64,000 nt of DNA from an uncultured Chloroflexia bacterium (GTDB lineage: Bacteria > Chloroflexota > Limnocylindria > Limnocylindrales > CSP1-4). The notes below the pieces were generated by a model. That model was not told where the DNA came from. It saw nothing but the letters and a program-made list of their open reading frames with translations, and searched no databases. The translations under genes and the position numbers were made by a program. Within the stretch, counting starts at the first letter, position 1; each line of letters starts with the position of its first letter. Below are positions 11,159 through 22,076 of this stretch, piece by piece. The stretch is taken from positions 452,320-516,319 of the forward strand of contig CAVQJC010000001.1 in the NCBI GenBank assembly GCA_963712745.1. The letters are read 5' to 3'.

Positions 11159-13365
11159 CTAGCGGATGAAGAGTGGCGCGAATACGAGCGCCAGTGTCGC
11201 GAGCAGCTTCACCAGCACGTGCAACGAAGGACCGGCGGTGTCCTTGAACGGATCACCCACGGTATCCCCGACGACCGCGGCGGCATGAGCATCGGAGCCT
11301 TTGCCAAGGACGTTGCCGTCGTCATCGGTGAGGTTACCTGCTTCGATGTATTTCTTCGCGTTGTCCCACGCGCCGCCGCTGTTGTTGAGGTACGTGGCCG
11401 TGAGCACGCCCACGATGGTGCCGACCATGAGCAGGCCAGCCACAGCCTCGTAGCCCAGGATGAGTCCCACGGCGAGTGGCGTGGCGACCGCTACGACCCC
11501 GGGCGGGATCATCTGGCGCAGTGCCGACTTGGTCGTGATGTCAACCACGCGCGAGTAGTCGGGTCGCTGGCTGTAGTCCATGATCCCAGGCATCTCGCGG
11601 AACTGGCGGCGCACCTCCACGATGATGTCTGCGGCAGCCGTGCCCACGGCCCGGATGGCCAGCGCACTGAAGACGTACACCAGCATGGCCGCGATGAAGG
11701 CGGCCACGAAGACCGAGACGTTGGCGAGGTTGACCGAGTCCATCAAGGGCAGGCCGCGCGCGAAGAGCCCGATATTGACCTTGTCGATATAGGCCTGGAA
11801 GAGCAGGAACGCCGCAAGGCTGGCCGAGGCGATGGCGAAGCCCTTGGTGAGCGCCTTGGTGGTATTACCGACAGCATCGAGCTTGTCGGTGATCTCGCGC
11901 GCGGAGCCCTCGGCCTTGGAGAACTCGGCGATGCCTCCAGCGTTGTCCGTGATCGGCCCGAACGTGTCCATGGCCAGGATGTAGGCAGTGGTCATGAGCA
12001 TGCCCATGGTCGCGACAGCGGTACCGAAGACGCCGCCCACGTTGGTGCCATCCTCCCGCACGAGACCAGCCTGTTCGCCCAGCCAGAAGCTGATCAGCAG
12101 CGCAGTGCCGATGACGATGGCAGTCACGAAGGTGGTCTCGAAGCCCACCGCGGTACCGGCGATGATATTGGTCGCTGGGCCCGTCTTGGAGGCTTCGGCG
12201 ATGTCCTTGACGGGACGCCACGAACCGGCGGTATAGAACTGCGTGATGTAGACGAAGGCGACGCTGGTCGCGAGGCCGACGACGCCGGCGAGGAAGAACC
12301 ACACCCAGGTGGGGATGTCGTAGTTGCCAGTGTGCACGCCGGTGTTGAGCATCACGAAGCTGACGATGAGGATGCCGACCACCGAGAGCAGGGTCGTGGC
12401 CCAATAGCCTCGGTTGAGGATGTGCATGGGGTCCTCGTCCTCGCTGCCACGCACGAAGTACATCGCCGCGATCGTGGCCAGCAAGCCGAACGCTCGCACC
12501 ACGAGCGGGAAGAAGATCCAGGCTTCGGGGTTGGGCCAGCCTGCGGCTGCGGCGATGAGGTAGATCGCCGCGCCCAGGATCATCGCGCCGATGTTCTCGG
12601 CCGCGGTCGATTCGAAGAGGTCGGCGCCGCGGCCAGCGCAGTCGCCGACGTTGTCGCCCACGAGGTCGGCGATGACGGCCGCATTGCGTGGGTCGTCCTC
12701 AGGGATGCCCTTCTCGACCTTGCCTACGAGGTCGGCGCCGACGTCAGCGGCCTTGGTGTAGATGCCACCGCCAAGTTGGGCGAAGAGCGCTACGAATGAG
12801 GCTCCGAAGCCAAAGCCCACGATGAGGAACGGCGCGATGGCGTAGGTGACCTCGCCGATGATGGCCTCATACGCGGTGAAGATGCCCCACACGCCGAGCA
12901 GCGAGAGCGCGACCACGAGGAAGCCGGATACAGCGCCGCCGCGCATGGCGACCTGGACGGCCTCGACGAGGCTGTGTCGCGCTGCTGCCGCGGTGGGTAC
13001 GTTGGCGCGAACGCTGACCCACATGCCGATGATGCCCGAAGCCATCGAGGCGCGGCACCGACGAGGAAAGCGACGCCGGTCATGATGCCGAGCTCGAGCC
13101 CGAAGATGGACGTCTCGGCGACTTCCTCGGTCTCGACGAGGGTGATGATGGCGGCCACCACGAAGGTGCCCACGATCGCGAGGATGGCGATGGTCGAGTA
13201 CTGCCGCTTGATGAAGGCGTTGGCGCCTTCGAGGATGGTGCCGCCAACGTCCTGCATCGCCTGCGGCCCCTTGTCGCGCGAGAGCACGTCACGAGCCAGC
13301 CAGATGGCGAAGATGATCGCCGCGATACCGGCGATGGGGATGATCCAATAGGTCGGGTTGGACAC
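11159..13365 (-). CDS. hppA: Membrane-bound H+-translocating pyrophosphatase, K+-independent type (one frameshift near 13050)
   Basis: GGGIYTKAADVGADLVGKVE, EDDPRN, DNVGD, GNTTKA (Lys variant), GDTVGDPFKDT; N-terminus in ORF 12790-13386. Confidence 0.93.
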
Positions 13366-13589
13366 GGCCGCGCAGGCCCCCTTCATGGAGGCGTCTCGCG
13401 CGTGGATGCACGACTAATTGGCGCATGTGCCCGGGACCGCCTCATTGGCGTAGTTCGGCGATAGTAGGTGCCACGCACCTCGGGTCTGCCTCAATTTTGC
13501 AGACCCGGCAGTTGCCGTCGCGGGCTGAGCGGCAGCGATCGGTCGGGCCATCGGTCATCACTGGGTGGTCCACCGGGAGCAGGCAGTGG

Positions 13590-13685
13590 GCACCACCGTG
13601 GTCGGCGGGAGTCTCTCTTGACTCAGCTCGCACCACCGTGGGCGGCGGGAGTCGGCACTGACTTGGCGAGCACCAGCGTGGGTCG
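13590..13685. repeat. Degenerate 40-bp-period direct repeat (about 2.4 units) in intergenic DNA
   Basis: gcaccaccgtggtcggcgggagtc at 13590, gcaccaccgtgggcggcgggagtc at 13630, gcaccagcgtgg at 13670. Confidence 0.75.
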
Positions 13686-13898
13686 TTTGGTGCGGCCCAC
13701 GACTGAAATGGCACGACACTTGGACGGTTCGATGCTTCCAAGCCTGAGATGGCCGGGCGCCGGCGCGATCCAGGCACCTTGGGCATCGCCTGGATCGACG
13801 GCGTTGCTACCTGAGTCTTGTGCGACTAGCGCTTGGTTCCGACGCGGATCCTATGGAGCGACAGCGCATCACCCGGCGCCGGGCGCGGTCGGTGATGT

Positions 13899-14356
13899 CT
13901 AGTCCTCGATGATCCAGGCGTCGACGCTGCGGCTGTAGTCGAGGAGCTCCGCCATCAGCGAACCAGAGGGCCAGCTCCTGGGCGGCGTTCTCCGGGCTAT
14001 CGGAGGCGTGCACCAGGTTCATGCCGGTCTCAAGCGCGAGATCGCCGCGGATCGATGCCGCCGGCGGCCTCATGGGGTCGCGTCGCACCGTTGACGGAGC
14101 GACACACCGCGATGGCATTGGTACCTTCCACGGCCATGGCCACGAGCGGTGACGAGATGATGAACTCGACGAGGCCGCCGAAGAATGGCTTGTCGGCGTG
14201 CACGGCGTAGTGCGTTTCGGCCAGCTCGCGGTCGACCTGGACCAGCTTGAGGCCGACGATACGCAGGCCACGCTGCTCATAGCGGTCGATGATGCGGCCG
14301 ATGAGCTGGCGCTGGACGCCGTCGGGCTTGATCAGGACAAGGGTGCGTTCGCTCAT
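13899..14356 (-). CDS. ndk: Nucleoside diphosphate kinase, frameshifted
   Basis: [42 protein letters not shown]. Confidence 0.95.
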
Positions 14357-16168
14357 GGGGTTCCTTCCGGAGTCGACCCAGGTACCAGGGCCTGATGGGC
14401 TAGTTGGTAGGCCGCTGCCGCCTCGGCTTCGCGACCGAGAAGACGGTACGCATCACCGCGCACGAGGTGGATGGTGGCGAGACCAGCGCTGCCGGATTGG
14501 CGCTGGCCACGGCCTTGTCGGCGGCTGACAGGATGATAGGCGCGAGCGCCGGATCCAGTCGCAACAGCACGCCGAGACGCTCGCTGGCGGCGACGACATG
14601 CCCTGCGCGACAGCACGGTCGACCTGCTCGAGCTCAAGCCCGGCGAGTCTGCCGCTCATCACGATGTCTGTCGTCGAGGTCGGCCCAGCGGGTCGCTGGA
14701 TCGCACCGCGGCCTGACGGCATCGTCGCTGCGGCCGCTCGGTCGTCGTAGCTCTTCGGGAGCCGGCTTCTGCAAGTCTGCTGCGACCCATGTCTGCGGTG
14801 TCGGCGCGACGACTTCGCTGCCGCCGACGAGCAGGCCCCAGCGCCCCGGGTCATTGGCCCCGATAGTCCATCCAGCCCGCGTCGGGTTCTGGCCAGATCG
14901 GGCTTCGCGGCTGACCGGCGAAGAGGATGTCGCCTGCACCCCCGATACGATCGAGCACGATGCCGGCCCGGTGACTGGCCGCCTGACGCTCACATCGCCG
15001 ACACGATCGAGGTCCTCAGCCACGATCAGCAGGGCCAGCGGTTCGTCACCGCCTGAGGCTTCGTGCGCCCGGGCCGCCTCCCCCGCACCTTCGGTGTCGC
15101 CACTTCGCCAACGCACCTCTGCCAGGTCGGCCATGGCTTCGGCATCGAGCGTGCCGGCTCCGGCCATCTGCTCCAGTGCGGCACGAGCGAGCGGCAGGAG
15201 CCCGCCACGTAGATGCACCCGCGCGAGACGAGCACCACTGGTGCGCTCGAGTGCCGCGGCCTGATCGTCGGTCGGACCCGGCAACGGTTCGACCTTGATG
15301 CGCGCCACGGCCCTGGACGACCGCACCGGAGTCGGCGCGGGCCGGGGCGCGCCGCAGCGGACCCGGGCACACCTTCCGGAGGCATCCGGCCGGGCACCAT
15401 GGGCACGGCCCCTGGAGCTGCCGCTGGTCCGGGCCGACGGAGACGGACGGGCCCTGAGTGGGACCGGGCGGCGCATCGCGCCGGGCGGTGGCATGGCGCC
15501 GGGTGGTGGCATGGCGCCGGGCGGTGGCATCGCGCCGGGCGGTGGTGGCATGGCGCCGGGGGCTGGTGGCATGGCGCCGGGGGCTGGTGGCATGGCGCCG
15601 GGCGGCGGTGGCATCGGCGCCGGGGGGTGGCATGCGCGCCGGGGGGTGGTGGCATGGCGCCGGGCGGTGGTGGCATGGCGCCGGGTGGTGGCGGCATCGG
15701 CGCCGGGTGGCAGCTGGCCTGGCTGCGACGGCCGGGGGGGCGGCAGGGCGCCGGAGGCGGCACCGGTCCGGGTGGCGGTGGCATGGCGCCGGGGGGTGGC
15801 TGGCCCGGCATGCGCCGGGGCGGTGGCATCCGTGGTGGCATGCGCCGGGTGGTGGCGGCATCGGGTCCGAGCGTTTGAGGCGGCCCCATAGGATGCGAAG
15901 GTGGGATCGGGGGTACGCCCAGATCAGGGCCACTGAGCGTCGAGAGCGACTGGCCTTGCGGTGCCGCCTCGGGCACTTCGAGGCTTGATCGGACGTGTCG
16001 GCGTGGCGGGACGTGTCGGGCTGCTCGGACGTTTCGATATCGATCACATCGACGCGCTGGCGCCTCAGCCTGGACCGTCGGCGCTGGCCGCTTCCCCGTC
16101 GGCGGCAATCGCCTCGTGGTGGGCGGCTGGATCGCCTCGTCGTCGGCGGGTCGTTCCTGTTCGCTCAT
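14353..16168 (-). CDS. Hypothetical protein: Pro/Gly/Met-rich N-terminal half and helical (TPR-like) C-terminus, frameshifted
   Basis: ATG at 16168 (MSEQERPADD) overlaps the M16 stop; PPPGAM repeats; C-terminal ARLARVHLRGGLLPLARAALE...HLVRGDAYRLLGREAEAAAAY; ends overlapping the ndk start. Confidence 0.65.
15476..15860 (-). repeat. Coding tandem repeat of 18-21 nt units encoding PPP(P)GAM
   Basis: Many ggtggcatggcgccggg units on the + strand. Confidence 0.9.
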
Positions 16169-17427
16169 GGCAATCGCAAGGCCTTGTCGAGTCCGCGCGA
16201 AGCCACATCGCTCCCGATGACTGCGGCACACAGCGATTCGTCAGTGAATAGTCGCCCGGCAAGTGCGTGTATGTCGTCTGCCGTGACAGCCCGGAGCGCT
16301 TCGATCACTTCTTCTGCGGTCATCACACGCTCGTGCAGTGCTTCCTGCGTCCCCAGGAACGTCGCCATCGCGCGAGACTCCTCCAATCGCAGTTCAAGGC
16401 GGCCCAGCGTGTAGTTGCGAGCCCGCTCGAGCTCCGCCGGCGTGACGATCTCATCACGCAACTTCGAGAACTCCGCCAGGACTGCCTCCATCGCCGGCTT
16501 GACATCATCGGCATCTACGCCCATGTACACCTGCAGGGTGCCGCAATCAGCGTAGTCCGTCTGGAATGAATGCACGTCGTAGCAGAGACCCTCGTCCTCG
16601 CGGATCTTGAGGAACAATCGCGAAGCGGCCCCATCACCCAGCACCGTATTGAGCAGGTCGAGCGTCCACTGGTCGCGATGATCACGCGGCAGTGCCGCGA
16701 TGCCCACGCATACGTGAGCCTGTGATGTGTCGCGCTGTGCGAGCCGAAGTCGCTCCAGGGGCACGCTGGGAGCCGGCACATACGCCTGGGCACGGCCGCT
16801 GCCTCGCCCGAAGAAACGCTCTACCAGGGCTACCGCATCGGCATGGCTGATATCGCCGGCCATGGCCACGACCATATTCGAGGGGGCATAGCCAGCCCCC
16901 CAGAACTCGCGGATGTCGTCGTCGGTCAGCGAGCGCACGGTCTCTTCGTCCCCAGCGATCTCCCAGCCCATCGGCGTATCACCAAAATAGGCCTCATCCC
17001 AGATGTTGAAGATGAACTGAGCGGGGTCGTCGCGGAACGAGTGGATCTCGTCGATGATGATCTCGCGCTCGTGGGCGATGTCCTCCGAACGCAGCAGCGG
17101 CCGCAAGGTCAACTCCGCGAGCACATGCACCGCTTGCTCTGCTTCGCGGATGGGTAGTCGGGCCCAGTAGGTCGTCGTCTCGCGGTCGGTCGCGGCGTTT
17201 GACGAGCCGCCCACGCCTTCGATGGCTTCGGAGATGAGGCGCGTAGTGGCCAATGCCTGGGTGCCCTTGAACGTGATGTGCTCCATGAAGTGGGCCAGTC
17301 CGGCCTTCTCGCGCACCTCCTCGCGAGACCCGACCATCACATAGACAGCCACCGACAGTGAACGCGTGCCGGGCAGGCGGGCGGAGATGACGCGCGGCCC
17401 CCCGGGCAGCGCGGTACGTTCGAACAT
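16165..17427 (-). CDS. M16 (pitrilysin/insulinase) family zinc peptidase
   Basis: Inverted zinc motif HFMEH-ITFKGT, SNAATDRE, SRLFLKIREDEGLCY. Confidence 0.93.
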   Translation of the reverse strand: MFERTALPGGPRVISARLPGTRSLSVAVYVMVGSREEVREKAGLAHFMEHITFKGTQALATTRLISEAIEGVGGSSNAATDRETTTYWARLPIREAEQAVHVLAELTLRPLLRSEDIAHEREIIIDEIHSFRDDPAQFIFNIWDEAYFGDTPMGWEIAGDEETVRSLTDDDIREFWGAGYAPSNMVVAMAGDISHADAVALVERFFGRGSGRAQAYVPAPSVPLERLRLAQRDTSQAHVCVGIAALPRDHRDQWTLDLLNTVLGDGAASRLFLKIREDEGLCYDVHSFQTDYADCGTLQVYMGVDADDVKPAMEAVLAEFSKLRDEIVTPAELERARNYTLGRLELRLEESRAMATFLGTQEALHERVMTAEEVIEALRAVTADDIHALAGRLFTDESLCAAVIGSDVASRGLDKALRLP

Positions 17428-17487
17428 GGATTGGCCATGCTACACGGGGTCGGCCTCAGACCTGCTGCGCCCGTGACGAGACCCGGC

Positions 17488-17985
17488 TCAGCCCTCGGAG
17501 GGGGGCTCTCCGGTGGGCGGCTCGCTGGGGGGCGGCACGTCGCGGTCGGGCGACTGATAGTCAGTGATATCGAAGCTGCCCAACTCCATCTGGATGTAGC
17601 CAGGCGCGGATTGAAAGGGCAACGGTTCCTGCACCGCATCGCCGTCCTCGCCAGGCGCAGATGGCACGAACTCGAGCACCACGCGCTCATCACTCTGGAC
17701 CAGGATGTAGGTGATGAGCTGATCAGGCCGCGTCTCGAACTCGAGGTGTTCCCAGGAGGCGACGCTCAGACAGATCGAGAGGGGCGTGAAGAAAGAGGCC
17801 ACGTCTGGACGGTCGGCCACGATGCGCTCGACCCAGCCGGTGCCGTGTGCGACGACCTTGCCAGCGCGCAGATAGCGATATGCCACGGTCTGGCGCAGCA
17901 GGGGGCGGAGTAGGTGATAGATGTCGACGGGGTTCGAGACAAGGCCACTGTTGACGAAGAACTTGGCCGGTGGCTCGCTCGACAC
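17488..17985 (-). CDS. Hypothetical protein
   Basis: AGGAGGGG RBS before GTG 17985; uninterrupted ORF with globular composition and an acidic Pro-rich tail; co-oriented with the M16 peptidase. Confidence 0.7.
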   Translation of the reverse strand: MSSEPPAKFFVNSGLVSNPVDIYHLLRPLLRQTVAYRYLRAGKVVAHGTGWVERIVADRPDVASFFTPLSICLSVASWEHLEFETRPDQLITYILVQSDERVVLEFVPSAPGEDGDAVQEPLPFQSAPGYIQMELGSFDITDYQSPDRDVPPPSEPPTGEPPSEG

Positions 17986-18099
17986 GCACCCCTCCTGACG
18001 ATGCAGCCCGCGCCCGTTCGGACCGAGATGGACGACTGTCCGATGGTATCGCAGGCCCATGGTCTGGGTGAGGCGAGGTTGCAGGCCTATCATCGGGGC

Positions 18100-18921
18100 G
18101 TGATCATCGCTGTCGATATCGGCAATAGCGCCGCCAAGGCCGCCCTGGTGAGTGGTGCCAGCGTGCGCGATTCTGGGCGCCTCGACACCTCGGTCGGCTC
18201 CGGCACCGACCTCGCCGACGGCTTGCGCGTGCTAGCCGGAAGCATCGAGCCGGGACCCACGGCGATCGTGGCGGTGAGCGTGGTGGACCGCTGGACAGAA
18301 CGGCTCGAACGTGCCGCGGACCAGTTGGGACTCTCGCTGACGGTGGTGGCGGCGAGCCACGTGCCCATCGGCACCGCGCTGTTGCGCCCTGACCAGACGG
18401 GACCTGATCGTCTCGTGGCCGCATGGGCAGCGGCGGTCATCCACGGCGTACCCGTGATCGTCGTGGACCTGGGCACGGCAACCACCGTCGATGCCGTCGA
18501 CGCCGACGGCTTCTTCCTCGGCGGGGCCATCCTGCCTGGCCTGGGCCTGGCGGCCGACGCCCTCGCTGATGGCACCGCGCGCCTTCCGCGCATCGAGCTC
18601 CGGCTGCCGGCCGACGCCATCGGTCGTGACACGACCACGGCGATCCAAAGCGGCGTCGTGCTTGGCCACCTCGGGGCTGTGCGCGAGCTGACCCAGCGCA
18701 TGCAGGCACGCATGCGCACGGACCCCGGAGCCGCACCGGCGCGAGTCATCGTGACTGGCGGCCACGCCAGTGCTGACTGGGCCCGCCGCGCCTGGCTACA
18801 ACCGGCGACCGCCGAGCTGCCGCCGATCGCACACGAGCTGGACCCGGACCTGGTCCTCAAGGGCCTCGGCCTGCTCGCCGAGCAGCTCGTGGGCCGGCCC
18901 ACCACGCAGTCAACGGCGTGA
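18100..18921 (+). CDS. coaX: Type III pantothenate kinase
   Basis: IAVDIGNS, GPDR, VVDLGTATTVD, GGAILPG, TGG. Confidence 0.92.
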   Translation: MIIAVDIGNSAAKAALVSGASVRDSGRLDTSVGSGTDLADGLRVLAGSIEPGPTAIVAVSVVDRWTERLERAADQLGLSLTVVAASHVPIGTALLRPDQTGPDRLVAAWAAAVIHGVPVIVVDLGTATTVDAVDADGFFLGGAILPGLGLAADALADGTARLPRIELRLPADAIGRDTTTAIQSGVVLGHLGAVRELTQRMQARMRTDPGAAPARVIVTGGHASADWARRAWLQPATAELPPIAHELDPDLVLKGLGLLAEQLVGRPTTQSTA

Positions 18922-20258
18922 ACCGCCCGCTCGAAGGACGCCTCGTCCTGCTTGGCGTGACCGGCTCGATCTCGGCCTACAAGGCTGCCGAATTGGTGCG
19001 CCAGCTCATCGCCGCAGGCGCTGACGTCCAGGTCATGATGAGCCGCACCGCGACCGCCTTCATCGGGCCGCTGACGCTGGAGACGCTCTCGGGTCACGCA
19101 GTCATGCTCGACCCACTGGAGTTGCTGCCGGACCGTCGTATCGGTCATATCGTGGCGGCAGACGCAGCCGACGCCATCCTGGTGGCACCCGCCACGGCTC
19201 GATGGCTGGGCGCCATGGCCAACGGCCTTGCCGACGACATCATCACCGCCACGTGCCTGGCCACGACCGCTCCAGTCATCTTCGCGCCAGCCATGGACGG
19301 TGAGATGTACGCCCATCCAGCCACCGTCGCTAACGTTCAACGCCTGGTCGACTTCGGCTACGCGCTGGTGGAACCCGGGGAGGGTCCGCTGGCATCGGGC
19401 CAGGTCGGTGTTGGCCGCCTCGCGGAACTACCGACGCTAGTTGACGCCGTCGTGACGGCCATGGCCGGGCGCCCCGTGCGGCAGCCAGATGCGGCCCTGC
19501 GTCCTCCAGCAGCGATCACGGCTCATCCGCCTGATCTGATCGGCTGGCACATCGTCGTCAGCGCCGGAGGCACGGCCGAGCCGATCGACCCGGTGCGCTT
19601 CATCGGCAATCGCTCGAGTGGCAAGATGGGCATGGCCATCGCCGCTGCCGCCCTGCAACGAGGTGCGCGTGTCACGCTCATTCGTGGCACCACCAGCGTC
19701 GAGCCGCCGGAAGGCGCGCATGTCGTTCCCGCCACGACTGCGGCGTCGATGCGCGAGGCCGTTCTCGATGCGCTGCCAGGAGCGGACGCGCTGATCATGG
19801 CTGCCGCGGTGGCCGACTTCCGGCCGAAGCAGGCCGCCGACACGAAGCTCGCCCGCGCTGCCGGCCTGACGCTCGAACTGGAACCCACCAGCGACATCCT
19901 CGCAGAGGCCGCTGTGCATGCCCGTGACGAGAAGGCGAGCAGCGGACGACGGCCACTCATCGTGGGCTTCGCGGCTGAGACCGGTTCTCTGGCGCGGGCC
20001 CCGGAGAAGGCGGCACGCAAGGGCGTCGACCTACTCGTGGCCAACGACGTGGCTGAGCCAGGTGCGGGCTTCGGGACCGATACGAACCACGTCACGCTGA
20101 TCGTGCCCGGACAGCCACCCGAAGCGTGGGCGCCAGCTAGCAAGGCACAGATCGCGCACGACCTGCTGGATCGCCTGATCGCGATCCGGGCAGCGACCGC
20201 TTCCGATACGTTGCCACTGACGCACGAAGCCAGCGAACGTGCATCATTGGGCACATGA
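18918..20258 (+). CDS. coaBC: Phosphopantothenoylcysteine decarboxylase / phosphopantothenate-cysteine ligase
   Basis: GVTGSISAYKA, APAM, GGTAEPIDPVRFIGNRSSGKMG, AAVADF, VGFAAET, VANDV. Confidence 0.95.
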   Translation: MNRPLEGRLVLLGVTGSISAYKAAELVRQLIAAGADVQVMMSRTATAFIGPLTLETLSGHAVMLDPLELLPDRRIGHIVAADAADAILVAPATARWLGAMANGLADDIITATCLATTAPVIFAPAMDGEMYAHPATVANVQRLVDFGYALVEPGEGPLASGQVGVGRLAELPTLVDAVVTAMAGRPVRQPDAALRPPAAITAHPPDLIGWHIVVSAGGTAEPIDPVRFIGNRSSGKMGMAIAAAALQRGARVTLIRGTTSVEPPEGAHVVPATTAASMREAVLDALPGADALIMAAAVADFRPKQAADTKLARAAGLTLELEPTSDILAEAAVHARDEKASSGRRPLIVGFAAETGSLARAPEKAARKGVDLLVANDVAEPGAGFGTDTNHVTLIVPGQPPEAWAPASKAQIAHDLLDRLIAIRAATASDTLPLTHEASERASLGT

Positions 20259-21199
20259 GCGCCAGCAAACCCGTTCGCCGCATCACCCTCTCCGATATCG
20301 CGCGGATGCATGCCGCGGGCGAACGCTTCGCCACCATCACCGCCTACGACTATCCCCACCGCTCGCATCGTCGATGAGGCGGGTATCCCACTCATCCTCG
20401 TGGGCGACTCGCTGGGCATGGTCATGCTCGGCTACGACTCGACCGTGCGGGTCAACATCGAAGAGATGCTGCATCACACCCGCGCCGTGGCACGCGGTGC
20501 CAAACACGCCCTGGTCGTGGGCGACATGCCGTTCCTCTCGTACGGCGTGTCGCTGGAAGACTCGGTCGAGCACGCTGGCCGTTTCCTGCACGAGGCCCAC
20601 GCACAGGCGGTCAAGGTCGAGGGCGGCGTGCGCTCGGCCCGAACCATCGAGGCCATCGTGGCCAGCGGCATCCCGGTGATGGCGCATATCGGCCTGACGC
20701 CCCAGGCGGTCAACCAGTTGGGCGGGTTCCAAGGTGCAGGGCAAATCGAAGGAGTCGGCGCGCAGCCTCATCGCTGACGCCATCGCGGTCCAGGAGGCTG
20801 GCGCCTTCGCGGTCGTGCTGGAGCTCGTACCGGCGGAGCTGGCGCGCGCCATCACCGAGCGGCTGTCCATCCCGACCATCGGTATCGGCGCCGGCCCGCA
20901 TACCTCTGCCGAGATCCAGGTCATCACCGACATCATCGGGCTTGACACAGGATTTCACGCCACGCCACGCACGCCACTTCGGTGAGGTCGGCGTGGCCAT
21001 CGCGGCCGCTGTGTCTGCATACCGCGATGCGGTCGTCGCCGGCGATTTCCCGGGGCCAGCCGAGTCCAGCTCGATGGACGCCGAACTGCTCGATGAAGTC
21101 CTCGGCAAGGGCAACCTCGACCGCATCGATGAGACCTCGCCATCCCGCTCGACCACGACCTCTAGCGACCCGGCTCGCAGCGCCGCACGCCGACCATGA
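20255..21199 (+). CDS. panB: 3-methyl-2-oxobutanoate hydroxymethyltransferase, frameshifted
   Basis: [38 protein letters not shown] across fragments. Confidence 0.92.
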
Positions 21200-21218
21200 C
21201 CGCCCACGATCGCGCTTG

Positions 21219-22073
21219 ATGCAGGTGCTGCGTACCCGCTCGGAGCTGCGTGCCGCCATGCCGAGGTCAGCCTCGGCCCGTGGGCCTGGTGCCGACCATG
21301 GGTGGGCTCCACGCCGGGCATCGAGCGCTGATGCGAGCGGGCGCGCGCAGACAACGAGACGATCGTGGTGACCATCTTCGTCAATCCCCGCCAGTTCGGT
21401 GAGGCTGCCGACTTCGATCCGCTATCCGCGCGACCGCGACCGCTGATCTCGCGATCTGCGAGGCCGAGCGCATCGACGTGGTCTGGACACCGAGGTGGAC
21501 GAGGTCTATCCGCCAGGCTTCGACACGAGCGTGACGTCGGCGCCGTGTCGCGGCCGCTCGAGGGTGCCGCGCGGCCCGGTCACTTCGAAGGCGTCGCGAC
21601 CGTGGTGGCCATCCTGTTCTCGCTGGTCGGTGCCGAGCGTGCCTACTTCGGACGCAAGGATGCACAACAGGTCGTCGTGGTCACGCGCATGGCCGCCGAC
21701 CTCGGCCTGCCCGACCCGTCGTGGTCCCCTGCCCGACCGTGCGCGCATCTGACGGCCTCGCGCTGTCATCCCGCAACGTCCGACCTCACCGCCAGCCGAG
21801 CGACGTGCCGCGCCGGTGCTGCATCGCGCGCTCGAGGCCGCGCGCGCGATGCCTGGCTGGCAGGCGAACGCAGTGGCGATCGTGCTGCGTGGCCTGATGG
21901 CCGAGATCCTGGCCATGCGAGCCGCTCGCCCAGGTCGAGTACGTGTCCTGCGCCGACCCGCGACGCTGCAGGAACTAGAGCAGCTCGATCGACGGCCCGG
22001 CGCTGTTGTCGCTGGCCGCCATCTTCGGGACGACACGACTCATCGACAATGAACTCTCGGCATGGAGGACTGA
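21219..22073 (+). CDS. panC: Pantoate-beta-alanine ligase, frameshifted
   Basis: MQVLRT, GLVPTMG.LH.GH, IFVNPRQF, LEGAARPGHFEGVATVV, YFGRKDAQQ, TRLIDN. Confidence 0.9.
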
Positions 22074-22076
22074 CAC

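Noticed and set aside
6350-12799. Long + strand ORFs (6350-7735, 8935-9906, 11219-12799)
   Set aside because: Antisense shadows of well-supported minus-strand genes, common in high-GC DNA.
13590-13685. 40-bp periodic repeat as a CRISPR mini-array
   Set aside because: Only about 2.4 degenerate units, the inter-repeat segments are about 16 bp and similar to each other, and no cas genes are present.
13719-13742. GGTTCGAT T-loop-like motif suggesting a tRNA
   Set aside because: No acceptor stem, D-arm or anticodon arm could be built around it.
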